Shown here: one piece after another, positions 62,193 through 64,000 of the stretch
Layout: every line of letters begins with the position of its first letter
Position numbering within the stretch: position 1 is the stretch's first letter
Assembly: GCA_965206645.1 (NCBI GenBank)
Contig: CBDBKE010000004.1
Coordinates: forward strand, 448,001-512,000
DNA from: Terriglobia bacterium
GTDB taxonomy: Bacteria; Acidobacteriota; Terriglobia; JAJPHL01; JAPKYU01
DNA: 64,000 nt
Direction of reading: 5' to 3'
Made by a program: the position numbers and the translations under genes
The notes under the pieces: model-generated
Told to the model about the DNA's origin: nothing
The model's database searches: none
Seen by the model: the letters and a program-made list of their open reading frames with translations, nothing else

Positions 62193-63031
62193 GGCCCGAT
62201 CTCCGGCGCGGTGAAGCGCCACCGGACTTTTTGTTTGCCGATCTGCAACCAGCCGTCACCCAAAACGTGACGGGCGATATACAGCCCGTCCTCGCCCAGA
62301 TCGTAGGCCACCAGCGCCGGTTTCCCGTCCTTCTCTTCGTACAGTGCGGGCGACTCCTGGGCGTTGGCGCGAAGGTAGGTAAACCGCCCGTCGTGCCACA
62401 TCCCTTCGACTAGAAACGGCCATTTCTTCGCCTTGTCCTCCAATCGGTAAGGGAACTTGAGGCGCGTGGGATACTCCGCCCGGAACGCCTCGGTTTCCCG
62501 CGCCGCAAGCGCCGTAACGTCGGCGATGCGGGAATCCGCGTCAACTTGCGCATCCTTGGCCGTCTCAATGGCTGTTTTCGCCATTTGCTGATAGGCCGCG
62601 ACCTGGGAGCGAGCGACAAAGGCCGGTTCGTGCCCGGTCGGTGAAATGCGCGGGTCGGCGTCCGCCTGGGCCTCGACGCGAACCACCAGATGCGGCTGGC
62701 CCGCACTTCGCTCGGTGACGAGGAACGAGTAGATGCGCCCGGAGGCGCAAACCAGCGCGACGTTGGTAGTCACGCCCTCGGCGATGGGTTTGAGGAAGGC
62801 CAGATTAGCGGCCCCGGTCAGGTGCCAGTACTCGGAATCTCCCACGACAAAATCCAGCACGTTTTCCGTCGCGGGAAGCACGATGACGGTGGTGTGCCGG
62901 GTCTTGGCCCGAACCTGAATGATTTGATCCTGGGCCTCGATGACGCGCAGGACCTGCCCACCGTCCTGAGCGATCAGCGGCAACGACAGGGCAAGTAGCG
63001 CCGCTATCACGAGTGGAATGATCTTCAACAT
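62189..63031 (-). CDS. virB9: VirB9/TrbG
   Basis: Homolog of 41238-42080. Confidence 0.85.
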   Translation of the reverse strand: MLKIIPLVIAALLALSLPLIAQDGGQVLRVIEAQDQIIQVRAKTRHTTVIVLPATENVLDFVVGDSEYWHLTGAANLAFLKPIAEGVTTNVALVCASGRIYSFLVTERSAGQPHLVVRVEAQADADPRISPTGHEPAFVARSQVAAYQQMAKTAIETAKDAQVDADSRIADVTALAARETEAFRAEYPTRLKFPYRLEDKAKKWPFLVEGMWHDGRFTYLRANAQESPALYEEKDGKPALVAYDLGEDGLYIARHVLGDGWLQIGKQKVRWRFTAPEIGP

Positions 63032-63037
63032 AATCAG

Positions 63038-64000
63038 CTACCTCCTGGACAGGTGTTCAATGGCCTCGGTGAGGCCATACTGTTTGACTGCTTCCGCCCG
63101 CTTCTGAGCATCGACCGGCGACGAGGTATAGAGCCAGTAGCTCGCCGGATCGACTTCGAGCCGCAAGATGCCCGCCGCGTCGGTGCGCCGTAGATAAAGC
63201 TCCCGTTTGGGGATCAAGCCGCGAATGGTGTTCACTTCCGAAGGGTTGAGCCGGAACGTCTCGGCGGCTTTCTCCGGCAAGTCGGGATTGGCAAGGAATA
63301 GCTTGGTCGGCATGGATTCGAGCAACGCTTCCGCCCCTGCGGTCCCGGTTACGTCCACGGCGCTCTGCGTGGCGACGACGAGCGCCGCATTCTTCTTGCG
63401 CCAGGTCTTCGCGGCCTCGGCCAGATAGGAAAGCACCGCCGGGTCTTGGAGGTAGCGCCAGGCTTCATCGACCACCATGAGTTTTACCCTTGCGGTCTCA
63501 TCCGGGTTCTCCAAAGCCAGCCGCAACCGTTCGAGAAGGTAGAACAGCGCCGCTTCGCACAAGTCTTCGTGCTCCGCCGCGCCCGCCATGTCGATCACCT
63601 GCCAGTCCTGAAAGTTGAGATCGTCTCCGTCTGCCGGGTTGTCAAAGTACCTGGCCCACGCTCCGGCTCCGTGCCAGCGGCCCAAAGCGGGCCACATCTT
63701 TGCGGGAAGGGAGCGGACCAGCACCCCAAGGGTCCGCCGCTGGGGTGCAAAGGCATAGAGGTCTTCGACGCGGGCGCGAATCTCGCTGGGGTCTTCGCCG
63801 CTGAGTTTCCACCCGCCGATCCTCAACAGACGCGATATCCAGCCGGTGAGGAACTGGAAGCTCCGCTCCCCGACCGGGAGCGAGAAGGGGCGCAACCGGA
63901 AACCGGCGCTCCCGCTCCCGTCGGGGGATAGCTCCATATAGCCGCCGCCTAGAAACTGCGTGAGCCAGCGATAGGAGCCGCCTAGATCGAGAATGAGAAC
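63038..64000 (-). CDS. virB4: VirB4/TrbE ATPase, 3' part (begins beyond the window)
   Basis: Near-identical to the C-terminus of 38808-41231. Confidence 0.92.
   Translation of the reverse strand, partial: VLILDLGGSYRWLTQFLGGGYMELSPDGSGSAGFRLRPFSLPVGERSFQFLTGWISRLLRIGGWKLSGEDPSEIRARVEDLYAFAPQRRTLGVLVRSLPAKMWPALGRWHGAGAWARYFDNPADGDDLNFQDWQVIDMAGAAEHEDLCEAALFYLLERLRLALENPDETARVKLMVVDEAWRYLQDPAVLSYLAEAAKTWRKKNAALVVATQSAVDVTGTAGAEALLESMPTKLFLANPDLPEKAAETFRLNPSEVNTIRGLIPKRELYLRRTDAAGILRLEVDPASYWLYTSSPVDAQKRAEAVKQYGLTEAIEHLSRR

Overview
GC-rich, almost entirely mobile/accessory DNA. Right part (36.9-64 kb): two closely related integrative conjugative elements (VirB2,3,4,9,10,5,6,8 - wHTH protein - origin-like intergenic region - VirD4-like coupling protein - VirB11 - Xis - tyrosine integrase) arranged head-to-head. 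Their integrases converge on a single tRNA-Val(CAC) at 51984-52060, one at its 3' end and one at its 5' end. Left part (1-36.8 kb): a decayed defence/mobilome island. It holds a complete type I RM operon, a frameshifted MmeI-like RM enzyme, a HEPN protein, Vsr, a Dcm stub, two Cre-like recombinases that share a downstream site but carry different cargo genes, and four RepA_C fragments. It also holds a MobC stub, a primase/helicase/SSB module, a group II intron inside a MITE, a solitary type I-E CRISPR repeat, a third ICE remnant and many IS elements (IS1380, IS30, IS5, IS6, IS3). All family calls come from motif recognition by eye; no database searches were run.
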